NCBI GenBank assembly: GCA_036677375.1
Contig: JAVBWO010000012.1
Coordinates: 173,374-237,373 of the forward strand
DNA: 64,000 nt
From: Bacillota bacterium
GTDB lineage: Bacteria; Bacillota; Dehalobacteriia; UBA4068; UBA4997
Direction: 5' to 3'
The notes below the pieces were generated by a model. That model was given only the letters and a program-made list of their open reading frames with translations, ran no database searches and was not told the DNA's origin. Position numbers and translations under genes: made by a program. Below are positions 29,292 through 37,948 of the stretch, one piece after another (the stretch's first letter is position 1; every line of letters starts with the position of its first letter).

Positions 29292-30865
29292 CCGATTCCG
29301 GTATTCCCATCAAGCCCTTCTATACCCCGGAGGACATGGCCGGCTGGGATTATGAAAGCGCTTTGGGTGTTCCCGGCGACTATCCTTATACCAGGGGCGT
29401 CTACAGTAATATGTACTTGGGGAAGATCTGGACCATGCGCCTTTATTCCGGTCTGGCAACGGCGGAGGAAACCAATGAACGTTACCGTTACCTTTTGTCC
29501 CAAGGACAGACCGGCCTTTCCGTGGCTCTTGACCTTCCCACCCAGCTGGGATATGATTCCGATAATTCGCTGGTGGAAGATGAAGTGGGCAGGATCGGTG
29601 TGGCCATCGATACCTTAGCCGACATGGAACGGCTTTTCGAGGGCATTGATTTAGGCAAGATCACCACTTCCTTTACCATCAATTCCACCGCCATTATCAT
29701 TTTGGCCATGTATGTGGCCGCCGCCGTAAAACAGGGCGTACCCATGGATAAGATCAGCGGCACCACGCAAAACGATATGGTCAAGGAATTTTTGGCCAGA
29801 AACACCTATATCTTCCCTATGGAAGACCATATTCGCATCAGCGTCGATATCATCGAATTCTGCGCCAAGCATGTTCCCAAGTGGAATCCCATCAACATTG
29901 CCGGATACCATATCCGGGAAACGGGCGCCGACGCTGTTCAGGAGCTGGCCACCATCTTAAAGACAGCTATCATGATCACAGAGGAAACGTTGAAAAGAGG
30001 CATCGACATCGACAGCTTTGCCCCCCGCCTCTCCTTTGAATTGTGGACGGGTCCGGACTTTTTTGAGGAAGTCGCTAAATACCGGGCGGCCCGCCGCATG
30101 TGGGCCAAGATCATGAAAGAGCGCTTCCATGCCCAAAATCCCAAATCTCTGCTCTTCCGGGTCTTCGCCGGCGGCAACGGCATCACCTTGCCCGCCCAGG
30201 AACCCTTGAACAACGTGGTCAGGGTTACCATGCAGAGCCTGGCTTCCGCTTTAGGCGGCGCTCAGGCCATTCATGCGCCGGCTTATGACGAAGCCATCGC
30301 AACCCCCACCCAGGAAGCTGCTTTACTAGCCTTGCGGACACAGCAGATTCTGGCTTATGAGACAGGCATCACCAAGACGGTCGATCCCCTGGCCGGTTCC
30401 TACTATGTGGAAAATCTCACCGATGAGCTGGAAAAACGGGCCTTTGCCATGATGGACGACATGGACGCCCAAGGCGGTCTCATCGAATGTGTCAATAAAG
30501 GCATCATCCAGCGCCAGGTTCAGGAAAGAGCCTACCAAAAGGAGCTGGCTATCCAAACCGGCGAACGCACAGTTATCGGCGTCAATAAATTCCATAATGC
30601 CGAGGCATCCAAGGTGGATATCCCCATCTATCAGGCGGATGAAAGCATTCGCGCAAAGCAGATCTCCCACCTGCAAAAAGTGAAGGAAAGCAGAAACAAT
30701 CATGCCGTGGCAACCACCTTGACCGCCGTGCGGGAAGCAGCCGCCGCCAGAGCTAACATTTTCCCGGCTGTTTTAGACGCTGTCCAGGCCTATGCCACCG
30801 TAGGGGAAATCACCGATACGCTGCGCAGCGTCATCGGGGAATATCAGGCGCCACCCATTTTCTAA
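29267..30865 (+). CDS. Acyl-CoA mutase large (substrate-binding TIM-barrel) subunit, methylmalonyl-CoA mutase family
   Basis: 532 aa with MCM N-terminal domain pattern: FYTPEDM...YPYTRGVY...MRLYSG. Confidence 0.85.
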   Translation: MADGKNCVTDSGIPIKPFYTPEDMAGWDYESALGVPGDYPYTRGVYSNMYLGKIWTMRLYSGLATAEETNERYRYLLSQGQTGLSVALDLPTQLGYDSDNSLVEDEVGRIGVAIDTLADMERLFEGIDLGKITTSFTINSTAIIILAMYVAAAVKQGVPMDKISGTTQNDMVKEFLARNTYIFPMEDHIRISVDIIEFCAKHVPKWNPINIAGYHIRETGADAVQELATILKTAIMITEETLKRGIDIDSFAPRLSFELWTGPDFFEEVAKYRAARRMWAKIMKERFHAQNPKSLLFRVFAGGNGITLPAQEPLNNVVRVTMQSLASALGGAQAIHAPAYDEAIATPTQEAALLALRTQQILAYETGITKTVDPLAGSYYVENLTDELEKRAFAMMDDMDAQGGLIECVNKGIIQRQVQERAYQKELAIQTGERTVIGVNKFHNAEASKVDIPIYQADESIRAKQISHLQKVKESRNNHAVATTLTAVREAAAARANIFPAVLDAVQAYATVGEITDTLRSVIGEYQAPPIF

Positions 30866-31003
30866 GATCTGCCTGCCCATCAAATAAAATTAGCAGAAAT
30901 AAAAGAGCCGCGGTTTGTTGTGAGTGGATGAACCCGGGTCTTAAATCAGCGGGCAAGTATGAAATTGCTTGTTAACAGGTAAAAGGAAGGAGCACAACTA
31001 TTC

Positions 31004-32389
31004 ATGTGCAATAGCGTTTTAATTAAAAATGGCACCATTACCAATGCCGAAGCGATATTTGCCGGAGACATCCTTATTGAAAACGGCAAAATCAGCCAGA
31101 TCGGCGCCGACCTTAAGGCTCCTGGCATCGAGGTCTATGACGCCGCCGGCATGCTGGTAATGCCAGGTATCATCGATCCTCATGTCCAATTGGAAATCAA
31201 ATACGGCAAATTTCCCATGACCGATGATTTTGACACCGGTACCATTGCCGCCGCCGCCGGCGGTGTCACCACTATCATTGACTTTGCCGACCAGCCCAAA
31301 GGCGTCGCGGCCATTGACGACTTAAAACATAGAATGAGTCTGGCCGACGGCAGGGTCAACGTGGACTATTCCCTGCATATGAGCCTGACCGACACCAAAG
31401 CCGGCGCCGTAGGCGACATCAAAGCCGTGGTGGAAAGCGGCATCGCCAGCTTCAAGCTGTATATGGCCTATAGCCGCCGGGACCGCATGGTCAACGAGGG
31501 TCAGATCGACCATATCATGTCGGAAGCCGCCAAATACGGCGCTATCACCGGTATTCACGGCGAAAACGACAATATGGTGGAATACCTGATCGCCCGCCAT
31601 CAGCAGGAGGGCAAGACAGGCATTGAATACTTCACCCAGGCTCGTCCCGACACGGCGGAGATCATCGCCGTTCAGACCGCCATTACCCTGGCTGAAAGAA
31701 ACCACTGCACCCTTTATGTGCACCATGTCAGCTGCGCCGGTACATTAAATGCCATTAAAGAAGGGCGCAAACGGGGCGTCAGGATCTATGCGGAAACCTG
31801 CCCCGCTTACCTGACCCTCACCGAAGATGTCTATCAAAAAGAAGGCGGCGAGATCTACATTCTCAACCCGGCTTTGCGCCAAGAAAGCGACCGGCTGGCT
31901 CTTTGGCAAGGCATCGTGGACGGCGAGATCGACACCATCGGCACCGACCATTGCTCCTATACTTTAGAACAAAAACGCACCAATAAAGATAATTTTGACG
32001 GCATCCCGGCAGGCTTACCAGGCATCGAGCTTTTATTTCCGGTGATGTACACCGTTGCCGTCGCCGAAAATAAAGTGACTCTGCCCCGCTTATTAGAGCT
32101 GATGACCTATAATCCGGCCCGCATCTTCGGTTTGGCGCCGCAAAAAGGCGTGCTGGCTCCGGGCAGCGACGGGGATATTCTCATCTATGATCCCAGGAAG
32201 ACCTGGCAGGTCGACCCGGCCAATCTTTATATGAACGTCGACTTCACTCCTTTCGACGGCTGGACCATGCAAGGTGAAGTGAAAGCTACCTTCCTCCGGG
32301 GCCAAAAACTCTACGAAAACCATGTATTCTGCGGTCCGCAGCATCGCGGACAATTTGTATTCGGTACGCCGGCCCCTTATCGCCGGTAA
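31004..32389 (+). CDS. Dihydropyrimidinase/hydantoinase-family cyclic amidohydrolase. First metal motif is DPHVQ, not the usual HxH.
   Basis: 461 aa. Putative carboxylated-Lys region IASFKLYMAY. Family pattern holds throughout. Confidence 0.8.
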   Translation: MCNSVLIKNGTITNAEAIFAGDILIENGKISQIGADLKAPGIEVYDAAGMLVMPGIIDPHVQLEIKYGKFPMTDDFDTGTIAAAAGGVTTIIDFADQPKGVAAIDDLKHRMSLADGRVNVDYSLHMSLTDTKAGAVGDIKAVVESGIASFKLYMAYSRRDRMVNEGQIDHIMSEAAKYGAITGIHGENDNMVEYLIARHQQEGKTGIEYFTQARPDTAEIIAVQTAITLAERNHCTLYVHHVSCAGTLNAIKEGRKRGVRIYAETCPAYLTLTEDVYQKEGGEIYILNPALRQESDRLALWQGIVDGEIDTIGTDHCSYTLEQKRTNKDNFDGIPAGLPGIELLFPVMYTVAVAENKVTLPRLLELMTYNPARIFGLAPQKGVLAPGSDGDILIYDPRKTWQVDPANLYMNVDFTPFDGWTMQGEVKATFLRGQKLYENHVFCGPQHRGQFVFGTPAPYRR

Positions 32390-32402
32390 CTTACGCTCCA
32401 TT

Positions 32403-32445
32403 TAAGGAGGCAGTGGACAGCTTGTTCCACTGCCTCCTTAAATTT
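32403..32445 (+). terminator. Rho-independent terminator after the amidohydrolase gene
   Basis: ttaaggaggcagtggacagcttgttccactgcctccttaaatttctctt. Confidence 0.75.
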
Positions 32446-32742
32446 CTCTTGCCTTATTTAACACGGCAGGTTCCTGTCTTTTCACCGAACTACTCTCTTT
32501 CTTGTATTGTACCATCCGTCAGATTGCGCCGAGAAAGGGATAATAAAAGCAAGCCGAAGTCAATAAGATAAAGCAGAACTATGCCGGAGCCCCAATCACC
32601 GCAGGGAAAGCGCCCTCTGATCAGAATTCCGTTTCTCAAAACGCTGCGAAAGCGTTTTGCTAATGAGATACCAAGAGAATTTCTGTAATCAGCGTTTAAA
32701 ATGTTGCGGGGAAAAGGGAAACCGGGACGGGGAGGCCCGCTT

Positions 32743-34341
32743 ATGGCGCGCATTGCCATCTACAGCCGGAAATCCAAATATACCGGCAAAGGAGAATCCA
32801 TCGAAAACCAGATCGAAATGTGCCGCGAGTATATCTTTAATCACATTCCCAATATACGCCATGAGGATATCACCGTATATGAAGACGAGGGTTTTTCCGC
32901 AAAAACCCTGGACCGGCCGCAGTTTCAAAAAATGCTGAAAGACGCCGCGAAAGCTCCTTTTGACTATGTGGTCTGCTACCGGCTGGACCGCATCAGCAGG
33001 AGCGTCAGCGATTTTTCCGCTCTGATCGAGGATCTTGCCCGCCGGAAAACGGCTTTTATCTGCATCAAAGAACAGTTCGACACCTCAACCCCCATGGGCA
33101 GAGCCATGATGTATATTGCCAGCGTCTTTGCCCAACTGGAACGGGAGACCATCGCCGAACGCGTCCGTGACAACATGCTCATGCTGGCCAGAACAGGCCG
33201 TTGGCTGGGCGGAACCCCACCCACGGGATTTACCTCTGAAAAGGTGGAAGAAATCATCTTGGAAGGCAAAACCAAATCCTCCTGCAAGCTGAAATGGAAT
33301 CTCACAGAGATCCGGACGGTGAAAACCATCTTTGCCAAATTTATGGAACTTGGTACGCTTTCCGGCGTCAGTAAATATCTGATCAAAAACAATATCCGGG
33401 CCAGGAGCGGCCAATTTTTTTCCCTGCCGGGCTTAAAGGAGATCTTGTCCAATCCAGTCTACTGCATGGCCGACAAGGCTGCCCGGGATTATTTTTTATC
33501 CAAAGGCTCGGATGTTTGCTTTGAAGAAGCGCAGTGCTCCGGCAAAGCCGGTTTGCTTGCCTACAACAAACGGGATTATACCAAAAAAAATGCCCCCAGG
33601 CAGGATGAGAACCGCTGGATCATCGCCATCGGCAAACATAAGGGCATCGTTTCAGGTAAAAACTGGTCCGCTATTCAAGAAATTCTGGCGGAAAACAAAA
33701 CCAAGAATCCAGTTCCGAAAACTAAAAATGATTATGCTTTGCTCTCCGGCATGATATCCTGCAGCATATGCGGTTCGCGGCTCTTTGCCAAAAACCGTCA
33801 TAACAGCAATGCTTACGATTATATTTGCAGCGGTAAGCTGCGGGGCGGCACCAAGCTGTGCGGCGTTCGAAATTTAAACGGGCAAGAAACAGATGAACAG
33901 GTCTGGCATACTTTGCTTCGCTGCACCAAAGAAAACGAGGGCATCTATCCTTTGCTGGAGCAATTAAAGGAGAGGCTGAAGGAGCAGGAAGCAAGCAACC
34001 CTTTGACAGAATTGGCCCAAAGCATCAAAAAATGTCAGGAAGAAACGGAACGCTACCTGAATGTTCTTGCTCAACCCCATTTAAATGAGGTGCTTCTGGA
34101 AAAAGTCAATACAAAAGTCCAGGAACTCCATAAGACTCTGAATAACCTGTACCGGGAGCAGGCAAGGCTGGAAGCGGCAACCTGCCAGGATGAGCCGGAA
34201 AGCCTTATTGACGGCCTTGCTTTCTGGAAAGATCATGAGTCAATTTTATCGGTACGGGAAAAACGGCAGCTGCTTAAAATCCTCATAGAGCGTATGCAAT
34301 GGAACGGCAGGGAACTTCACATCTTTCTTACCGGCTGTTAA
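32743..34341 (+). CDS. Large serine recombinase (resolvase/invertase catalytic domain + recombinase domain + zinc-ribbon + coiled coil)
   Basis: Start re-picked at MARIAIYSRKS (GGGAGG RBS). N-terminal serine-recombinase catalytic pattern. C-terminal CSICGS...CSGK...C zinc ribbon, coiled-coil tail. Confidence 0.85.
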   Translation: MARIAIYSRKSKYTGKGESIENQIEMCREYIFNHIPNIRHEDITVYEDEGFSAKTLDRPQFQKMLKDAAKAPFDYVVCYRLDRISRSVSDFSALIEDLARRKTAFICIKEQFDTSTPMGRAMMYIASVFAQLERETIAERVRDNMLMLARTGRWLGGTPPTGFTSEKVEEIILEGKTKSSCKLKWNLTEIRTVKTIFAKFMELGTLSGVSKYLIKNNIRARSGQFFSLPGLKEILSNPVYCMADKAARDYFLSKGSDVCFEEAQCSGKAGLLAYNKRDYTKKNAPRQDENRWIIAIGKHKGIVSGKNWSAIQEILAENKTKNPVPKTKNDYALLSGMISCSICGSRLFAKNRHNSNAYDYICSGKLRGGTKLCGVRNLNGQETDEQVWHTLLRCTKENEGIYPLLEQLKERLKEQEASNPLTELAQSIKKCQEETERYLNVLAQPHLNEVLLEKVNTKVQELHKTLNNLYREQARLEAATCQDEPESLIDGLAFWKDHESILSVREKRQLLKILIERMQWNGRELHIFLTGC

Positions 34342-34419
34342 AAGCAAATACGTTTTGAAAGCTTTTTATTTTTATGGATCAATGGCGGCTGACTGCCCGG
34401 AGGCGTTATACCGGAACCT

Positions 34420-35304
34420 TTGATACATAAAAGAACGGAAACCGCTGCTCTTTTTTCTCTTAACCGTAATCTCATTGACGTTATGATAAACTTTTATTAT
34501 GTCTGTACGGAGCCGCCGAACTTTAAGGAGCTATGGGCTTTGTACTCAACATTTTGCCATAGGTATGGCGGCGCCTTTCCCACCTTGATTGCAATTATCA
34601 CCATGTTCTTTGCCGGCGCGGCTGCCGGCCTTTGGCAATCGGTGCTGTCCGTATTGCTTCTCACAGGGGTGATATTGCTGGGAGTCTTCATGACATTGTC
34701 CATCTCCAAGCTGTTATCCAAGACGATACTGAAGGGCCTCCCCTCCTCCTTTGCCCTTGAGCTGCCGCCTTACCGAAAGCCGCAGATCGGCAAAGTCATC
34801 GTGCGTTCTATTTTTGACCGTACTCTTTTTGTCCTGGGCCGCGCGGTCATGGTCGCAGCCCCGGCAGGCATCCTGATCTGGCTTCTTTCCAATGTATCAT
34901 TAGACGGCGTTACCATTCTGGCGCATTGCACCGGATTTTTAGATCCTTTTGCCAGGCTTTTCGGCTTTGACGGTGTCATCCTCATGGCTTTTCTTTTAGG
35001 CTTTCCCGCCAATGAGATCGTCATTCCCATTATCATCATGAGCTATATGTCGCAAGGCAGCCTTATGGAGCTAGACAGCTTGACCCAATTGAAAGATCTG
35101 CTGATCAATAACGGCTGGACTTGGGTAACGGCGGTCTGTACCATGCTCTTTTCCTTAATGCATTTCCCCTGTGCCACCACCTGTCTTACCATCAAAAAAG
35201 AGACCCAAAGCTTGAAGTGGACTATACTTGCTTTCCTGCTGCCTACCATGACGGGACTTTTAATATGCTTTATCGTGGCCAATGGGGCAAGACTCTTATT
35301 CTGA
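34420..35304 (+). CDS. feoB: FeoB 3' segment (C-terminal membrane domain). Homology to FeoB resumes at ~34528 (...WALYSTF...). The first ~36 codons of the ORF are junction-derived.
   Basis: Collinear with residues ~430-668 of the intact FeoB paralog (ELPPYRKP vs ELPAYRLP etc.). Same strand as the 5' segment at 2555..4048. Confidence 0.8.
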   Translation: MIHKRTETAALFSLNRNLIDVMINFYYVCTEPPNFKELWALYSTFCHRYGGAFPTLIAIITMFFAGAAAGLWQSVLSVLLLTGVILLGVFMTLSISKLLSKTILKGLPSSFALELPPYRKPQIGKVIVRSIFDRTLFVLGRAVMVAAPAGILIWLLSNVSLDGVTILAHCTGFLDPFARLFGFDGVILMAFLLGFPANEIVIPIIIMSYMSQGSLMELDSLTQLKDLLINNGWTWVTAVCTMLFSLMHFPCATTCLTIKKETQSLKWTILAFLLPTMTGLLICFIVANGARLLF

Positions 35305-35428
35305 GATAAATTTTCAAAGTACCAGAATAAAATTGTATCAATATTAAATAATATTGACAAATGGGCGTAAGCACAATATAATTATTTTGTGCATATGCCC
35401 ATTATTTTAAGCATATGGAGGTGGGAGA

Positions 35429-35767
35429 ATGCCGAGAAATCAAAAATACCGGCGCGTTTGCGCCGAGCCAGTAAATCGGATCTTTACACCCCAGAACGGC
35501 AGTGAAGATTTTGTTATTTTAAATGTGGATGAGCTGGAAGCGCTGCGCCTTTGTGATCTGGAAGGGTTAGATCAGGATACTGCCGCCAGCCGCATGACCA
35601 TTTCCCGGGGAACTTTGCAGCGTATCCTCTACGCCGCCCGCAAAAGCATTGCGGAGGCCTTGGCCTATGGTAAAGGAATTCATATCGAAGGCGGCTCTTA
35701 CGTTTTGGCGGATCACACCTGCCATTGCCAAAAGGCCTGTCTCTCCTGCCATTTTCACGAAACGTAA
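35429..35767 (+). CDS. DUF134 family protein (predicted DNA-binding)
   Basis: MPRNQKYRRVCAEP N-terminus typical of DUF134. C-terminal Cys/His cluster. Confidence 0.65.
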   Translation: MPRNQKYRRVCAEPVNRIFTPQNGSEDFVILNVDELEALRLCDLEGLDQDTAASRMTISRGTLQRILYAARKSIAEALAYGKGIHIEGGSYVLADHTCHCQKACLSCHFHET

Positions 35768-35802
35768 TAATAATTCAAAAGCAATTACAAAAAGGAGATG
35801 TC

Positions 35803-36954
35803 ATGATGTCCGAAGCGGAAAACTGTAACAATCAATGCGGCAGCTGCAGTTCCGATTGCAGCTCCCGTCAAAAAGCTCCCGTCGATCTGATGGAGTCTCT
35901 TCACCCCATGAGTCAAGTAAAAAAAGTTATTGGGGTCGTCAGCGGCAAAGGCGGCGTGGGAAAATCTCTGGTCACCTCCAGCCTGGCTATTTTACTGAAT
36001 CGTCAAGGTCTGAATACCGCCATTTTAGACGCGGATATCACCGGGCCTTCCATTCCCAAGATTTTTGGCTTGCACGAAAAGGCTATGGGCAACCAATCCG
36101 GTCTCTTACCGGCAAAAACCAAGACAGGCATCCAGATCATGTCCATCAACCTCCTCTTGGAAGACGAAGATGCACCCGTTATTTGGCGCGGACCGCTGAT
36201 TGCCGGAACCGTTAAGCAGTTCTGGACCGATGTCATCTGGGATCAGGTTGACTGCATGCTGGTGGATATGCCTCCCGGCACCGGTGATGTGCCTTTGTCT
36301 GTCTTTCAATCCATTCCTTTAGACGGCATCATCATCGTCACCTCTCCTCAGGAGCTGGTTTCCCTGATCGTTGCCAAAGCCGTCAATATGGCAAAAACCA
36401 TGCATATCCCGATTTTAGGGATTATTGAAAATATGAGCTATGTCCAATGCCCTGACTGCAATAAGAAGATCTATCCTTTCGGCGAAAGCCATGTAACGGA
36501 AACGGCGGCCAAATACGGCCTGGAGGTTTTAGGGAAACTGCCTCTTGATCCCAGCCTGTCCGGAGCCTGCGACAACGGCGCAATGGAAGATTTTACCGGA
36601 AATTGGCTGGATGATGCCGCCGCTAAAGTGAAGGCCTTGGCAGGCAAAACACTGCGTATTGCCGTTCCTATAGAAGCAGAGGAAGTATTCCAACATTTCG
36701 GTCAGAGCAGCTTGTTTAACGTCTATGATATCATAAACGGCAAGATCGCAGGCAAAACTGAACTTGCAACCTCAGAAAGTGGGCACTCTGCTCTTGCCGG
36801 TTTATTACAGCAAAACGATATTGATTTGCTTATCTGCGGCGGTATCGGCGACAACGCCAAGACCACGCTGAAGGATGCCGGCATCCGGGTGATTGCAGAT
36901 GTAGAAGGCAATGGGGATGAAGCAGTGGCGGATTATCTCTTGGGAATTCTCTAA
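35803..36954 (+). CDS. Mrp/NBP35-family P-loop ATPase fused to NifX/NifB-like (dinitrogenase FeMo-cofactor-binding fold) domain
   Basis: Start re-picked at MMSEAEN (AAAGGAG RBS). N-terminal CxxC cluster, GKGGVGKS Walker A. C-terminal LLICGGIGDNAKTTL NifX-like motif. Confidence 0.75.
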   Translation: MMSEAENCNNQCGSCSSDCSSRQKAPVDLMESLHPMSQVKKVIGVVSGKGGVGKSLVTSSLAILLNRQGLNTAILDADITGPSIPKIFGLHEKAMGNQSGLLPAKTKTGIQIMSINLLLEDEDAPVIWRGPLIAGTVKQFWTDVIWDQVDCMLVDMPPGTGDVPLSVFQSIPLDGIIIVTSPQELVSLIVAKAVNMAKTMHIPILGIIENMSYVQCPDCNKKIYPFGESHVTETAAKYGLEVLGKLPLDPSLSGACDNGAMEDFTGNWLDDAAAKVKALAGKTLRIAVPIEAEEVFQHFGQSSLFNVYDIINGKIAGKTELATSESGHSALAGLLQQNDIDLLICGGIGDNAKTTLKDAGIRVIADVEGNGDEAVADYLLGIL

Positions 36955-37044
36955 AATGATCCCCACCTGATCTGCAACCATCATGAACACCATGACGAAG
37001 AGGCAGGTGGCGGCCAAGGCAACTGCGACGGCACCTGTCATTAA
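36955..37044 (+). other. In-frame 29-codon His/Cys-rich extension directly after the Mrp TAA stop: NDPHLICNHHEHHDEEAGGGQGNCDGTCH*
   Basis: Read directly from sequence. No ATG/GTG/TTG in frame. Confidence 0.4.
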
Positions 37045-37104
37045 AAAAAGGCAAACTCCTAAATTTTTTACCATAATTTTACAATAAAAGTGGATTAAGT
37101 GCTA

Positions 37105-37140
37105 AAACGAAAAAGCACCCTTTGGTGGGTGCTTTTTTTA
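37105..37140. terminator. Bidirectional terminator between Mrp gene and dtxR2
   Basis: aaaaagcaccctttggtgggtgctttttttatg. Confidence 0.75.
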
Positions 37141-37512
37141 TGAATTTTTGATAAAGAATTCCTCCAGCTTATTTAAGGTCTCCCAGCTGATGGAATGCTC
37201 CATCTTGCAGGCGTCCACTTCCGCCGTTTGAGGATTCACCATTAAAACCTCGGTGAGAAAACGTTTTAACACATTATGGCGGCGTTTTACATTGGCGGCC
37301 TCTTGCCGCCCTTTTTCCGTAAGATAGATGGGCGCATATTTTTCCTGTACAATCAGTCCGGAGGATTTCAAAACGCCCAGCGCCTTATTGACGCTGGCCC
37401 GGCTTACCCCTAACAAATTGGCGATATCAATGGAACGGATGCTTTGATTTTTTTCCGAAAGCTCCAAAATCGTTTCCAAATAATCCTGGCTGGATGCAGA
37501 AATTTTGGCCAT
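37138..37512 (-). CDS. DtxR/IdeR-family metal-dependent repressor (second copy)
   Basis: 124 aa, HTH ...IANLLGVSRASVNKAL.... Divergent from feoA2-feoB2. Confidence 0.8.
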   Translation of the reverse strand: MAKISASSQDYLETILELSEKNQSIRSIDIANLLGVSRASVNKALGVLKSSGLIVQEKYAPIYLTEKGRQEAANVKRRHNVLKRFLTEVLMVNPQTAEVDACKMEHSISWETLNKLEEFFIKNS

Positions 37513-37720
37513 GCCACCACCTGCTCGCGTTTTTATTTTTTACCAAATTTAAATCCTTTTCTTCAATATATCATGATATGCTTGACAAAACAAGGGCAAC
37601 CTATTAAAATGTAATCCAGAGCTAACATTTACAAAATTTGTTGCTGTTTTTTTTCTCTCACAATGTTAGCCATATCTAACATTTTTACAGGATAAACTCA
37701 TTGGCATTTAGGAGGCTGAC

Positions 37721-37948
37721 ATGACACTAGACCAAATCCAACCCACCAATTTCTGCGTGATACTGTCTACCGGAGGGGAAAAAATCATTCGCCGCCGTCT
37801 TTTGGATATGGGGCTGACTCCCAAAACCAAGATTCTGGTACACAAGGTCGCTCCCATGGGTGACCCCATGGAGATCTATTTACGGGGTTACGCCCTTACC
37901 CTGCGAAAGGAAGAAGCCAAACATATCCAGGTTCAAGAGGTGAGCTAA
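37721..37948 (+). CDS. feoA: FeoA family protein
   Basis: 75 aa FeoA, stop overlaps feoB2 start. Confidence 0.85.
   Translation: MTLDQIQPTNFCVILSTGGEKIIRRRLLDMGLTPKTKILVHKVAPMGDPMEIYLRGYALTLRKEEAKHIQVQEVS

Larger units (their letters stand above)
4049..34527. mobile_element. ~30.4 kb integrated element splitting feoB. Large serine recombinase gene at right edge, cargo of regulators, transporters and a catabolic cluster.
   Basis: feoB N and C segments on same strand flank the region. Serine recombinase 32743..34341 sits ~190 bp from the feoB 3' segment. No phage or conjugation genes inside. Exact att crossover not resolved. Confidence 0.6.

Noticed and set aside
29054-29503. 149 aa minus-strand ORF overlapping the B12-binding/mutase genes
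   Set aside because: Antisense to two strongly supported, overlapping CDSs.
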